This document shows, piece after piece, positions 1 through 9,612 of a DNA stretch of 64,000 nt. Each line of letters begins with the position of its first letter. Within the stretch, counting starts at the first letter, position 1. The translations under genes and the position numbers were made by a program. Under the pieces are notes generated by a model. The model was not told the origin of the DNA. It did not search any database and saw only the letters and a program-made list of their open reading frames with translations. The stretch comes from Candidatus Bathyarchaeota archaeon (GTDB lineage: Archaea; Thermoproteota; Bathyarchaeia; Bathyarchaeales; Bathycorpusculaceae): assembly GCA_030672475.1 (NCBI GenBank), contig DAOVGI010000013.1:1709-65708 (forward strand), read 5' to 3'.

Positions 1-112
1 CGATAATATTAAGTTCAGCACTGGGTCACACTGCCCACTAAAGCCGAAATGAACACAAAATAAGTTATAAGCATGCAATTTCATCATAAGCAAATGAAAG
101 AGGGAATGACAT

Positions 113-1003
113 TTGGAAATAGAAAACGTTGTGGAGAACGTTGCCTTCAAACTTCTGAAGCTGGCGGTCATTCATCTACCGGAAGATGTCAAACAGGCGC
201 TGGAGAAAGCATACACTGAAGAAACAAGTGAAACAGGAAAAACACAGTTGAAAGCAATTTTGGACAACATTGAATGTGCCGAGAAATATCAAACACCAAT
301 ATGCCAAGACACTGGAACAATAATATTCTACGTTAAAGCAGGTGCCGAAGCAAAACATCTTGAGAAAATCGAAGGAGCTTTGATAAAAGCTACAAGAAGA
401 GCCACTGTAGAGGTTCCCCTTCGCCCAAATGCCGTCAATCCATTCACCCAGAAAAACAGTGGAGACAACACTGGAAGGCTGATACCATGGATAAACTGGG
501 AGATTGAACCGACAGATGAAATAGAGCTGACCGTGTTACCGAAGGGTGGAGGAGCAGAAAACACATGCGTCATGGGTATGCTTGTTCCAGGTGAAGGAAT
601 AAGAGGTGTAAAGAAATTTGTTGTTGACGCAGTTATGAACGCTGGGGCGAAACCTTGCCCTCCTAACATTCTAGGAGTTGGCATAGGGGGAGGTTCAGAC
701 ATCGCCATGAAAATAGCAAAGAAAGCCTTGCTAAGACCCTTGAATAATGAGAACCCAAACCCTGAAATCGCAAAGCTTGAAAAAGAGATTCTAGAAGCCG
801 TAAACATGACTGGGATTGGACCGATGGGACTTGGTGGAAAAACCACGGTTTTAAGCATAAGCATAGACTATGCTTACAGGCATCCAGCATCCTATCCAGC
901 GGCTGTTGCCTTCAACTGTTGGGCTGCAAGAAGAGCCACCGCAAGAATAAGTGCAGATGGAACGGTTGAATATTTAACGCATAGAGTTGATGAAGTGATA
1001 TAG
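113..1003 (+). CDS. Fe-S (class I) fumarate hydratase / tartrate dehydratase family, alpha subunit
   Basis: 296-aa ORF with a TTG start. It carries the PICQDTGT hydro-lyase motif. The matching beta subunit follows after a 1-nt gap. Confidence 0.85.
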   Translation: MEIENVVENVAFKLLKLAVIHLPEDVKQALEKAYTEETSETGKTQLKAILDNIECAEKYQTPICQDTGTIIFYVKAGAEAKHLEKIEGALIKATRRATVEVPLRPNAVNPFTQKNSGDNTGRLIPWINWEIEPTDEIELTVLPKGGGAENTCVMGMLVPGEGIRGVKKFVVDAVMNAGAKPCPPNILGVGIGGGSDIAMKIAKKALLRPLNNENPNPEIAKLEKEILEAVNMTGIGPMGLGGKTTVLSISIDYAYRHPASYPAAVAFNCWAARRATARISADGTVEYLTHRVDEVI

Positions 1004-1004
1004 A

Positions 1005-1610
1005 ATGACAGACTACAGATTCAGGACTCCAATATCGGAGGAAGAAATACGCAAACTCAGGGTAAATGATGTTCTGTATATAAGTGGAACAATGTTTACT
1101 GCAAGAGATCAAGCTCACAGAAGAGCCCTAGAGTACTTCAAGCAAGGAAAATCATTGCCTCTAAACCTGGAAGGATTAGCTGCTTTTCACTGTGGACCTA
1201 TAGTGAAGAAGACTAAAGACATGTGGACGATAATTGCGGCGGGGCCAACAACAAGCACGCGAATGGAGATTTTCGAGGACGAATTCATAAAGAACTTTAA
1301 AGTCAGGGTGATAATCGGCAAGGGTGGAATGGGAAGAAGGACAACGGAAGCCATGGCGAGTTACGGCGCTGTTTATGGAGCTTTTACAGGTGGAGCTGCA
1401 ATCCTCGCTGCAAAAGCCGTAAGGAATGTGAAAAGCGTCGAGTGGCTTGATTTAGGAATGCCTGAAGCCATGTGGATTCTGGAAGTTGAAGAATTCGGTC
1501 CGTTAACAATAGCCATTGACTCTCATGGAAATAACCTCTTCATGAATGTTCAAAGGAAAGCTGAAGAAAACAAGAAGAGGATATATCAAAAGCTCGGTTT
1601 GTCACAGTAG
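1005..1610 (+). CDS. Fe-S (class I) fumarate hydratase / tartrate dehydratase family, beta subunit
   Basis: 201-aa ORF. The segments ISGTMFTARDQAHRR and IIGKGGMG are typical of the beta-type Fe-S hydro-lyase domain. It is tightly coupled to the alpha subunit. Confidence 0.85.
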   Translation: MTDYRFRTPISEEEIRKLRVNDVLYISGTMFTARDQAHRRALEYFKQGKSLPLNLEGLAAFHCGPIVKKTKDMWTIIAAGPTTSTRMEIFEDEFIKNFKVRVIIGKGGMGRRTTEAMASYGAVYGAFTGGAAILAAKAVRNVKSVEWLDLGMPEAMWILEVEEFGPLTIAIDSHGNNLFMNVQRKAEENKKRIYQKLGLSQ

Positions 1611-1614
1611 ACCC

Positions 1615-1620
1615 TTTTTT
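1615..1620 (+). terminator. Oligo-T tract just after the fumarase beta stop (candidate archaeal terminator)
   Basis: A TTTTTT run lies 5 nt after the stop at 1610, and a second T-run follows within 40 nt. Confidence 0.3.
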
Positions 1621-1726
1621 CACCTTAATCTTTATCTCTAATTTTTGATATCTAGTCCAGATCATGTTTATTGTGTCACAAGATTTAATATTACTGCCAA
1701 CATTCCAATAGAACGGGGCCAGAATA

Positions 1727-2197
1727 ATGCTGGAAAATTTTAGAGACAAGATAGCCTTTTCCGGAATAGCCGTGCTGATGATAGGCGTAGCTCTACTAAT
1801 CTTCACCTTTGCAAGTGCCTATGGATTTCTAGCAGGAAATCTGTCAGTAATCGCATCTGCAGATTTAGTGCAGACTTTCGGTGAAGCATTGGCGCCTTTG
1901 ATTGAAACGTGCATACGCATAATGTACCTTGGGGTCATGGGATGGATAGGTTCTCTCTTGACAATCAGAGGTGTAACGATAATCGCCCACGCACCAAAAA
2001 CACTGAAGATTGCCAAACAAAAACGGGTGCCAGCCAAACCGATTCCTCAAGAGGTAAAAGCAGAACGATCAAAAGAAGACGTAAAACCTTCAGAACCAGA
2101 AATTATAGTCATACCGCCGCAACAGGTTACACCGCCGCAACAACCACAAAATCAACAACAAGAGAACAACTCCTCCCGAGAACAACCTAATATTTAA
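1727..2197 (+). CDS. Small membrane protein with Pro/Gln-rich C-terminal tail
   Basis: 156-aa ORF with two clear hydrophobic helices. The tail reads PPQQVTPPQQPQNQQQENN. No family recognised. Confidence 0.5.
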   Translation: MLENFRDKIAFSGIAVLMIGVALLIFTFASAYGFLAGNLSVIASADLVQTFGEALAPLIETCIRIMYLGVMGWIGSLLTIRGVTIIAHAPKTLKIAKQKRVPAKPIPQEVKAERSKEDVKPSEPEIIVIPPQQVTPPQQPQNQQQENNSSREQPNI

Positions 2198-2229
2198 ACT
2201 GCATCCAAACGTCCGGAAAAGGATTTGCT

Positions 2230-3009
2230 ATGAAAATACCAATTCGAATGATAAGCATAGCTACAACGTTTTTCTGGTTTTTCCTAATTGTCTTTTATGT
2301 TTCCGCCGTCTATTCCATGAAAGATGTCCAGTTTGACTTTGAAGAACCACAAACAATGCTCACTTCAAGAAACCAAATGCTCTTCTGTCTACCAATAAAA
2401 ATTGACAACAAGGGCTACTACAACATAGGTTCCTTCAACGTAACAACAAAAATCTCAGACAAAGAAGGCTTTCCAATTACACAAGCATCCACGTTCATCC
2501 CAGTCATAGAGAGAGGAAGGCAGACAACAGTAACTCACAACGTCACTATAAACATCGATGACTTGTTCCAGAACAGTCAAGATTACCTATTCAATGACAT
2601 GGAATTGGAAGTACACGAGACAGTTGGCATGAAACTTGCTGAGGTTATTCCAATTCAAGCCTCAACAAACTTTTCCATGCCTTGGGGTGCGCCCCTTTAC
2701 AACTTCACATTGGGTGAAATCGAATACGTAATATGCAATCTAACCCACGTAACAGTGACTATTCCCATAAGTTTTGAAAATCACGCCTTCTTTAACTTGA
2801 CTGGCAGTCTCCGAATGTGCATGTACAACAGCACGAGCGTCTTAGTTGGTGAAGGACAAACAAGAATTGAGGTTCCGCAGAACACATTCTACCAAGAACA
2901 TGTGGAGCTTACTGTTCCATCAATGGGAATTACGGAAGACGGATATTTTGAAATGTACTTTTCAACTCCATTTTTCAACTCCGGACCTACAGTGATTTCT
3001 TATGACTGA
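2230..3009 (+). CDS. N-terminally anchored extracytoplasmic protein with two beta-sandwich-like repeats (LEA14/WHy-like by eye), many N-x-S/T sequons
   Basis: 259-aa ORF with an N-terminal TM helix. Two internally similar segments are present: PIKIDNKGYYNIGSFNVTTKI and IPISFENHAFFNLTGSLRMCM. Its end overlaps the next ORF by 8 nt. Confidence 0.5.
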   Translation: MKIPIRMISIATTFFWFFLIVFYVSAVYSMKDVQFDFEEPQTMLTSRNQMLFCLPIKIDNKGYYNIGSFNVTTKISDKEGFPITQASTFIPVIERGRQTTVTHNVTINIDDLFQNSQDYLFNDMELEVHETVGMKLAEVIPIQASTNFSMPWGAPLYNFTLGEIEYVICNLTHVTVTIPISFENHAFFNLTGSLRMCMYNSTSVLVGEGQTRIEVPQNTFYQEHVELTVPSMGITEDGYFEMYFSTPFFNSGPTVISYD

Positions 3010-3457
3010 AGAAAAAAAAGATTCAAAAAGAAAGCAGCAGATCATATCTAAACTCTTAAAGGCAACGATAAAAGCAGTTATTTTCTACGGAATCTATTTC
3101 GTCTTATCGATGTTTCTAACTCCAATTTCAGAAATAGTCCCAAGTTTTCAACAAACAGTGGAAATTTTTGTTATAGTTTACATATCCCTGATGATTATTG
3201 GTGAACTCACCAGAGGAACAGTTTTCCAGCATTTTTTCAACACCGCAAAGGTATTTTTTGTCATGCTTTACCTCATCTTCTCGTTAAAAAGAGGAATAAT
3301 AAACATACCCTTCCAAAACATAAGCTTGATGATTGATCTTCGTTTGTTTATGGCTATTGCCATGCTTCTCAGCCTACTAGGACTCGCAAAATGCATGCTT
3401 CAAGCAATAAACTACCTGAACGAAAAAGCAGAAGAAGCACATTTCTCTTCACTTTGA
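3002..3457 (+). CDS. Polytopic membrane protein, unknown family
   Basis: 151-aa ORF with about four hydrophobic helices. It overlaps the upstream ORF, which suggests an operon. Confidence 0.5.
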   Translation: MTEEKKDSKRKQQIISKLLKATIKAVIFYGIYFVLSMFLTPISEIVPSFQQTVEIFVIVYISLMIIGELTRGTVFQHFFNTAKVFFVMLYLIFSLKRGIINIPFQNISLMIDLRLFMAIAMLLSLLGLAKCMLQAINYLNEKAEEAHFSSL

Positions 3458-3618
3458 ACCATAGATTGGAACTATCAAATGCGCACACGTGAATCCTCAA
3501 CCAAGCTGTGTTGGACCATCGGTTTTGCTATCTGCTAATTCAGTTTCTCTTGTCTTCCAAGTTGTATGTGTTTTCACTTGAGTAAATCAAACATTACTAT
3601 TGCGATGGTAAATAAGCA

Positions 3619-4222
3619 CTATAATGTAGATATGACCTCAGTGATCCCGCTGATTATGAATTGAACAGCAATAGCTAGAACAATTATTGACATAAGCTTT
3701 GTGATAACATGAAGGCCTTCTTCACCTACAAACCTAAATATTCTAGGCGCGTATGTCATCCCAAAATAAGACACAGCTACTCCAACAAAAATCCCGATAA
3801 AAACAAGAGAAGCTTCCAATATATTGGCTGCCTCAGAAACGAGGAGTATTACTGCAGTAATTGTTCCTGGCCCAGCGGTTAGGGGGAACGCAAGCGGAAC
3901 TACAGCGATATTCTCGCGATCTTCGAGAAAGTTCCCTCTTTGCAGGATTGAGCATTGAAAAGGCGCTTGTAACCAATAGTATACCTCCAGCAATTTTGAA
4001 TGCAGCAAGTGTTACGTCAAAAATTAAAAACAGAAGCTGCCCAGTAAAGGCGAAGAAGGCTAAAACTAGGAAAGAGATTTTCATAGACTCAGCAATCACC
4101 TTGCGACTTTCCTCCAAGGTCATATCTCTGGTTAGAGCGATGTAAACTGCGACGGTGGTTGTAGGGTTCATTATAGCAATTATTGAAGTCATTGCCACCA
4201 GCGCAAATTCTACAATTCCCAT
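3619..4222 (-). pseudogene. MarC-family (UPF0056) membrane protein interrupted by a frameshift
   Basis: ORF 3833..4222 encodes a MarC-like N-terminal half (IMNPTTTVAVYIALT). ORF 3619..4008 encodes the C-terminal half (VVPLAFPLTAGPGTITAVILL) in another frame. The frames switch near 3930-3945. Confidence 0.7.
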
Positions 4223-4247
4223 TCATCTCATCTCAAGATGTAAACCA

Positions 4248-4730
4248 CTATGAAGCAAGCTTTTTTGTCATCACGTATGAATTTTCTCCATCAGCGTAAT
4301 AGTTTGGAATTGTGCGAGTGACTTGAAAGCTCAGCTTTTTGTAGAGCATTACTGCTGGTTTGTTGCTTACTCTGACTTCTAGGAAGCACTGTTTCGCATT
4401 GTACAACTGCATGTTCTCCATAGCCTTAACAACTAAAGCTTCTCCTATGCTCTTACGTCTGTGCTGAGGTAGGACAGCTACAGAAACAATGTGTCCTTTT
4501 TTGATTAACCCACGGAGAATAGAGCTTGACAAACCTGCTTCAACACGGCACATTATGTAACCTACAACTTCCCCGTTTTCTTCTGCAACAATAAAAGTTT
4601 CCGGAAACTTTCGATGCAAATCAACGAAAAAATAGTCCGAGTAGTTTTCTGGTAGACAAGCACGATTGATGTACGTAATACGTTCCAAATCGTTCACATT
4701 GAATTTCCGTAGATTGAAAGATTGCTGCAA
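4248..4730 (-). CDS. GNAT N-acetyltransferase, RimI / archaeal N-alpha-acetyltransferase (Ard1)-like
   Basis: 160-aa ORF with the acetyl-CoA motif QHRRKSIGEALV and the size and layout typical of RimI/Ard1. Confidence 0.75.
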   Translation of the reverse strand: MQQSFNLRKFNVNDLERITYINRACLPENYSDYFFVDLHRKFPETFIVAEENGEVVGYIMCRVEAGLSSSILRGLIKKGHIVSVAVLPQHRRKSIGEALVVKAMENMQLYNAKQCFLEVRVSNKPAVMLYKKLSFQVTRTIPNYYADGENSYVMTKKLAS

Positions 4731-4826
4731 AGGTTCCTCCTTCCCAACTTAGCTCTTAACATGAATCTAAGGTGAAGCTAATTTCCTCTCCCGCTATTAA
4801 TCGTTTTTCAAAACTCGCAAAGCTTT

Positions 4827-6101
4827 TCACTCTTCGCTTGCTTTAACCTCAGGCAACGTAGAGTTTCCATAGGGCATTACCCAGACCTTGGCCTTTCTTC
4901 CCGTAATGCTGAAAGCCTCATTCAAGGCATCGTTTACAGCCCTCGCTGTTTTCAGTCGAAAAACGTTCGAGGCATAATAATCAGGCATCAACGAAACCAA
5001 AATTATCTGAACTTTTCGTAAAGCCTTCATTAAATAATAAGCTTTATGTCCACCTAATACAAAATTGCGTTTGATCATTCTTTCAACAGCCTTTAAATCT
5101 TTAAACTTCACCATCCAATCATAGAAGACTTGGTTTCCATGCCCTTCTGTGCATTCAGCTACGAGAATTATTACTCCACCGCGCTTAACCACTTCAAGAG
5201 CATTATCAACACCTTTGTAGGCTTGGTAAAGATTCACATCTGCTGGGTTCCCACCTGGACTGACAACAACTATCTCCGCTTTACGATAAACTTTCACGCG
5301 GTACATCTCATCAACAAGTTTTACTCCTTCGCAGAAAGCTTCTTCCAAATCGCCAGCAAATGCCTTTACGATTTCACCCTCCCTGTTCATTACAACATTC
5401 AGTATAAGATCCACCTTAGCGAGTCTTGCCGCTTCAACCATATCCTCATGCACAGGGTTTTCTTCCAAGATTCCTGTTTTGGCTTTAGACTGCAAAAGCA
5501 TGGCGTGGTTATGCCTGATTGTTTCTTCACCAGAAACTGCAGGTAAAACACTTTTTCTTCCTCCGCCATAACCAGCATAGTAGTGAAAGCCTATGTCTCC
5601 AGTTAAGATTTTGACATCCGCCTCGGCAAAAACACGGTTCAAATAAACTTTTGTCCCATGCTTCCTAGTCTTACCTAAATAAACCAAGTCTTGAGACTCG
5701 CAATCGTGGCTGACAACTCCTACACGGTTGAAAACATCTTCGCCTAACAGTCTTACAGCTTCTTCACGTGGAACTTTCTTGTGTGTACCACACCCGAAAA
5801 TAACGGTTATATTTTCATCCTTAACATATTTCTTGGCTAACTCGTCAAGTATCGGCGGTACCATAAGGTTGCTTGGGGCAGATCTAGTTGCGTCATCCAC
5901 AACTATTGCCACTTTATGTTCCGGCTTAACAATATCGCTTAAAGTTTCAGTGCCCACAGGCTCCTTTAGCGCCCTTTCAATCTCTGCCCCAGAGTTCGGT
6001 GCCCCAAGTTTATCTACTGGCTTGATTACGCCCAAAAAATTTCGAGTTGGAATCCTCACGCAAACCTCTGCTTTCCCGTAAGGAAGCCACACGTCGACCA
6101 T
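4827..6101 (-). CDS. larA: LarA-family (DUF2088) nickel-pincer-dependent racemase/epimerase homolog
   Basis: 424-aa ORF that is collinear with lactate racemase as I remember it. Matching segments are GCGTHKK, GFHYYAGYGGGRKSVLP (tether Lys) and RHNH. Confidence 0.75.
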   Translation of the reverse strand: MVDVWLPYGKAEVCVRIPTRNFLGVIKPVDKLGAPNSGAEIERALKEPVGTETLSDIVKPEHKVAIVVDDATRSAPSNLMVPPILDELAKKYVKDENITVIFGCGTHKKVPREEAVRLLGEDVFNRVGVVSHDCESQDLVYLGKTRKHGTKVYLNRVFAEADVKILTGDIGFHYYAGYGGGRKSVLPAVSGEETIRHNHAMLLQSKAKTGILEENPVHEDMVEAARLAKVDLILNVVMNREGEIVKAFAGDLEEAFCEGVKLVDEMYRVKVYRKAEIVVVSPGGNPADVNLYQAYKGVDNALEVVKRGGVIILVAECTEGHGNQVFYDWMVKFKDLKAVERMIKRNFVLGGHKAYYLMKALRKVQIILVSLMPDYYASNVFRLKTARAVNDALNEAFSITGRKAKVWVMPYGNSTLPEVKASEE

Positions 6102-6229
6102 GGAACATCACTTGAATATGAAACACATTAACAGCAACTATTAAGCGTTATTAAGACGGAAAAGAATCGGAAACAAACCACTACACCACAACGGCATAAA
6201 TTCTTTAAACCTATACGCGATAATTATCA

Positions 6230-6937
6230 GTGTTGATGAAAATGTCAATTAAAACAAAAAAACCCGGCAAAAACGAAATATTGTTTGTGTGGCTTAACCG
6301 CTACGCTGGAGTAACGATTAAAACCCCCTCAAAAACATTAGTCACGGATCCCGTGGATGTAAAACCTCGAAACTTCAAAAACGTTGACGCGATTCTAATT
6401 ACACATGAACACTACGATCATCTAGATCAGCCGCTTATTTCAAATATCCAAAAGCTCACACAGTGCACAGTCATAGCTGACCCAACATCAACGAGAAAAC
6501 TGCAAAACACAATTCCCCCAGAAAAATTGCAAGAGATCCAACCAAGCTCAGAAATCAGGTTTGGAGAAGTCACAATAAAGGCTGAAAAAAGTAACCATAC
6601 ACAAGCAGCCACGCCAATAACCTTAATAATCACAAGCGAAGACGGGGTTAGAGTATATCACACATCAGACAGTTTGCCATTTCCAGAGATGGCAGCAATA
6701 GGCGAAAGAGAAAAACCTGATGTTGTCTTCTGCACCGTTGGAATCGCGCCTAAAACGTCACCGGAAACTGGAGTTGAAATTGCTAGGTTAACAAAACCCA
6801 AAGTGGCTGTTCCCTATCACACAGGCTCGACAGCAGACATGAACAAGTTCGCTGAACTACTGAAGAAAGATGTGCCAAACGTTAAATGCCTAATCCCTGA
6901 AGTAGGGAAGATTTACCAAGTCTCCAAGAGGATGTGA
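6230..6937 (+). CDS. MBL-fold metallo-hydrolase
   Basis: 235-aa ORF with the metallo-beta-lactamase signature ILITHEHYDHLD. Confidence 0.75.
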   Translation: MLMKMSIKTKKPGKNEILFVWLNRYAGVTIKTPSKTLVTDPVDVKPRNFKNVDAILITHEHYDHLDQPLISNIQKLTQCTVIADPTSTRKLQNTIPPEKLQEIQPSSEIRFGEVTIKAEKSNHTQAATPITLIITSEDGVRVYHTSDSLPFPEMAAIGEREKPDVVFCTVGIAPKTSPETGVEIARLTKPKVAVPYHTGSTADMNKFAELLKKDVPNVKCLIPEVGKIYQVSKRM

Positions 6938-6941
6938 AACA

Positions 6942-7571
6942 TTGCCAGAGGAAAAAAGCAGAGAAGCCATAAAAACTGAAATCTGCAAAATTCTGAATAA
7001 AATAGGCGCCCTAAGATTCGGAGCCTTCAAACTCACAAGTGGAAAAATGAGTCCATACTACATAGATCTAAGAATAGTTCCAAGCTTCCCAGACGCCTTC
7101 CAAAAGATCTGCATTGCACAATCAGATTTCATCAAGGGAGAAATAGGCCTAAAGAACTTTGACAGAACCGCCGGCATTCCCATAGCTGGCATACCCTTTG
7201 CATCCTTAATCGCCCACAACTTGAAGAAACCGTTCCTCTACATCCGCAAAGGCGTCCGACTTCATGGAAGACAAAGAAGAGTTGAAGGAATTCTTGCACC
7301 TGGAGACCGGGTTTTGCTAATTGACGATTTGATCACAACAGGTCTATCTCTTATAGAGGCAGCAAGAGCGATAGAAGCTGAAGGTGGAGTGACAACAGAC
7401 GTTGTAGTGCTTCTAGATAGGGAAGAGGGAGGAAAGAAAAAGCTCAATAGAAAGGGAATCAGACTCCATTCACTCCTTAAGATGAGTGAAACTGCTAACA
7501 AACTATATGAAATTGGAGCGATAGATGAATCACAATTGGAAATAATTGTGAAACAGATCAAAAAGGGATAA
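6942..7571 (+). CDS. pyrE: Orotate phosphoribosyltransferase
   Basis: 209-aa ORF with a TTG start. It has FGAFKLTSGKMSPYYIDLR and the PRPP-binding motif VLLIDDLITTG. Confidence 0.85.
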   Translation: MPEEKSREAIKTEICKILNKIGALRFGAFKLTSGKMSPYYIDLRIVPSFPDAFQKICIAQSDFIKGEIGLKNFDRTAGIPIAGIPFASLIAHNLKKPFLYIRKGVRLHGRQRRVEGILAPGDRVLLIDDLITTGLSLIEAARAIEAEGGVTTDVVVLLDREEGGKKKLNRKGIRLHSLLKMSETANKLYEIGAIDESQLEIIVKQIKKG

Positions 7572-7605
7572 AATGAAAGCATAGAAACTGATTTATGGTT
7601 ACAAT

Positions 7606-8172
7606 CTATTTGTAAAATATAAGATCTTTTTCTTCTAATATCCCGTGGAGCTTGTGCACTGCATCGTAAACGTCTTGCTCCCGTTTTGCCCCTGTACAAA
7701 CCAGTTTGCCACTTGCAAACAACAAAATAACAACTTTAGGTTCAGCCATTCTGTATATCAATCCCGGAAACTGTTCAGGCTCGTACATTGTTTTTCCTAA
7801 TGAGTATGTCGCTTTCTCCAAGTCTATCAGCCCACCCAAACTCGCAGAAGCAACGATGTTCTGGATTTTCATTTCCGGTTTGCCAATAATGATTATTCCA
7901 CCCTTTTTCAGTTCTTTAACCACCTTCTTCACTGCCCTGCGAGATTCCTTTTCGGATTTAGCTCCTGTGCACACCATTTTTCCAGAATTAAAAATCAAGG
8001 TTGCTGTCTTCGGTCTTTTCAATCTGAATACAAGCCCTGGAAACTGCTTTGGATGATACTCCACACCCGGAAAGCTCTTGACAACAGCATTCAAATCAAC
8101 TTTCTGATTAAGGGTTGCAGAGGCAACAACATTTTCTATTCTTATATATGTATATGCTTCAACCTTCGGCAT
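7606..8172 (-). CDS. tbp: TATA-box binding protein
   Basis: 188-aa ORF showing the two TBP repeats: IENVVASA..FPGLVFRLKRPK..LIFNSGKMVCTGAKS and IQNIVASA..FPGLIYRMAEPK..LLFASGKLVCTGAK. Confidence 0.95.
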   Translation of the reverse strand: MPKVEAYTYIRIENVVASATLNQKVDLNAVVKSFPGVEYHPKQFPGLVFRLKRPKTATLIFNSGKMVCTGAKSEKESRRAVKKVVKELKKGGIIIIGKPEMKIQNIVASASLGGLIDLEKATYSLGKTMYEPEQFPGLIYRMAEPKVVILLFASGKLVCTGAKREQDVYDAVHKLHGILEEKDLIFYK

Positions 8173-8209
8173 GGCATCACTTCTTTTGACCCAAAATCTT
8201 TGATTACCC

Positions 8210-8217
8210 TTTATAAA
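8210..8217 (-). promoter_or_regulatory. Candidate TATA box of the tbp promoter
   Basis: TTTATAAA lies 38-45 nt upstream of the tbp ATG at 8172. That spacing implies a short 5-prime leader. Confidence 0.45.
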
Positions 8218-8540
8218 GCCTTAGGTTCAAGCGTTCCCAACTCGTCTCCTTCTTTGCCTTCAGCCTTTTTACCTGAGAAATGGAATTATTAACTCCGTGA
8301 TTTGCAAGATAATTATCGGGATTATTAAGTGTATGCCGGAGGAGTCGTGTATGAAAACGGCAACATGCCCAACTTCAAGAAAAACTTGCAGACAAAAAGC
8401 TCTTCTGACATTGCATCATCGCACGTGCTGGAAAAGAAACACTCGAAAACTTTTTTTAAGTAACATTCCGCAAGTTTCTGTAAACGTAACCTCTGTAATA
8501 GGAGATACCTGCCCTAGACGGCATTTTTGTTTATATAGAT

Positions 8541-9506
8541 TCAAGTTTCAGTTTTTGGCACTAGGGTTTTTCTTCGTTTCAAAAAGTTTACCATTATCCA
8601 AGCGCTGAGTATCAGAAGAATGAAAACTGAAGCTTGAGCCCATGAGAACGTTGGAACACCTGGTCGTGTGACACCATCTACTAAGCAATCAATCCTATAC
8701 GAAAAGAAATTCTGAGACAGAAACGCTTCCTCAACGTTGTTATAACTTTTGTTAAAACTCCCATAATACTGCAAATCAGAGTACATTCCGCGAATAGCTA
8801 CATACTGCTGCGGTTTGGCGCCAGGTTGCCAAAAAGTCAAAGCCCCCCATAAACTGAAAACCATAAAGCTTATGATGAGTAAAATTTCAATCAGAAGATA
8901 GATTATCCCGATGTCGAGTTTTCCGAACAACTTCCAGTTCTCATGTTTCTGCTTCTTTCTATTAGATTTCTCTTCGCCACCAGCACCTAAAGAAAATGTT
9001 AGGAAAATGGCAACCAAAATAATCATTAAAACAATGAAGAAGTAAATGTCTCCTAGAGCTTGAATGATCAAAGTAAAGTTGCCTATGTAAGGAATCTTCG
9101 CTACTACTTTGCCGATAAGATCAGACTCATGAAAACTTTCTTCACTTGGGCGATTGTTGTCCCCGTGGGTTGTAATCCAATAACCGTCGCTTCTGTTCTC
9201 TAGTTTAACTGCTCTGTGAACAATAAGGTCTCCTGTTTTAGGATGTTCAAAAACAACTATATCTCCTGTCGTATATTGAGCATTTATATGAGCTGGGTCT
9301 ACTCCCTGAACTATTATCAAGTCTCCCACATTTAACGTCGGTTGCATGCTTGTAGAGACTACAGCCAATGCTGGATTCGGTGTATTCAGTACAAGTTGTG
9401 AGCCATACCAGAATCCAAACACTATTGCAATAACTAAGAGTATAGTCACCGCCATTTCGATGTATTCGTTTTCCAAAATTTTTTTGAACGTATCGATTGT
9501 CAACAT
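8541..9506 (-). CDS. Signal peptidase I (archaeal/eukaryal Sec11 type) with a long C-terminal membrane extension
   Basis: 321-aa ORF with an N-terminal TM helix. The catalytic Ser box is VSTSMQPTL, followed by the GDLIIVQG and IVHRAV boxes. About 150 extra C-terminal residues carry additional TM helices. Confidence 0.8.
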   Translation of the reverse strand: MLTIDTFKKILENEYIEMAVTILLVIAIVFGFWYGSQLVLNTPNPALAVVSTSMQPTLNVGDLIIVQGVDPAHINAQYTTGDIVVFEHPKTGDLIVHRAVKLENRSDGYWITTHGDNNRPSEESFHESDLIGKVVAKIPYIGNFTLIIQALGDIYFFIVLMIILVAIFLTFSLGAGGEEKSNRKKQKHENWKLFGKLDIGIIYLLIEILLIISFMVFSLWGALTFWQPGAKPQQYVAIRGMYSDLQYYGSFNKSYNNVEEAFLSQNFFSYRIDCLVDGVTRPGVPTFSWAQASVFILLILSAWIMVNFLKRRKTLVPKTET

Positions 9507-9612
9507 TACTCCCTCTATTAGGGACGCGCTTTGTTGACATAGTCTTTTACATTTTAAAACTTAACGGTTAATTTATGAAAAATAGGGGAAGGAAGCGAGT
9601 GATCTTGAAGCT

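Noticed and set aside
328-864. 178-aa minus-strand ORF (and many similar ones, e.g. 14486..14878, 27974..28522, 31227..31739, 54593..54964)
   Set aside because: They lie entirely antisense within strongly recognised genes, and their products are low-complexity or unprotein-like. I treat them as shadow ORFs.
8297-8608. 103-aa plus-strand ORF in the tbp / signal peptidase gap
   Set aside because: The product is Cys/Arg/Lys-rich with no motif. It overlaps the 3-prime end of the signal peptidase gene, and no ribosome-binding site or promoter is evident.
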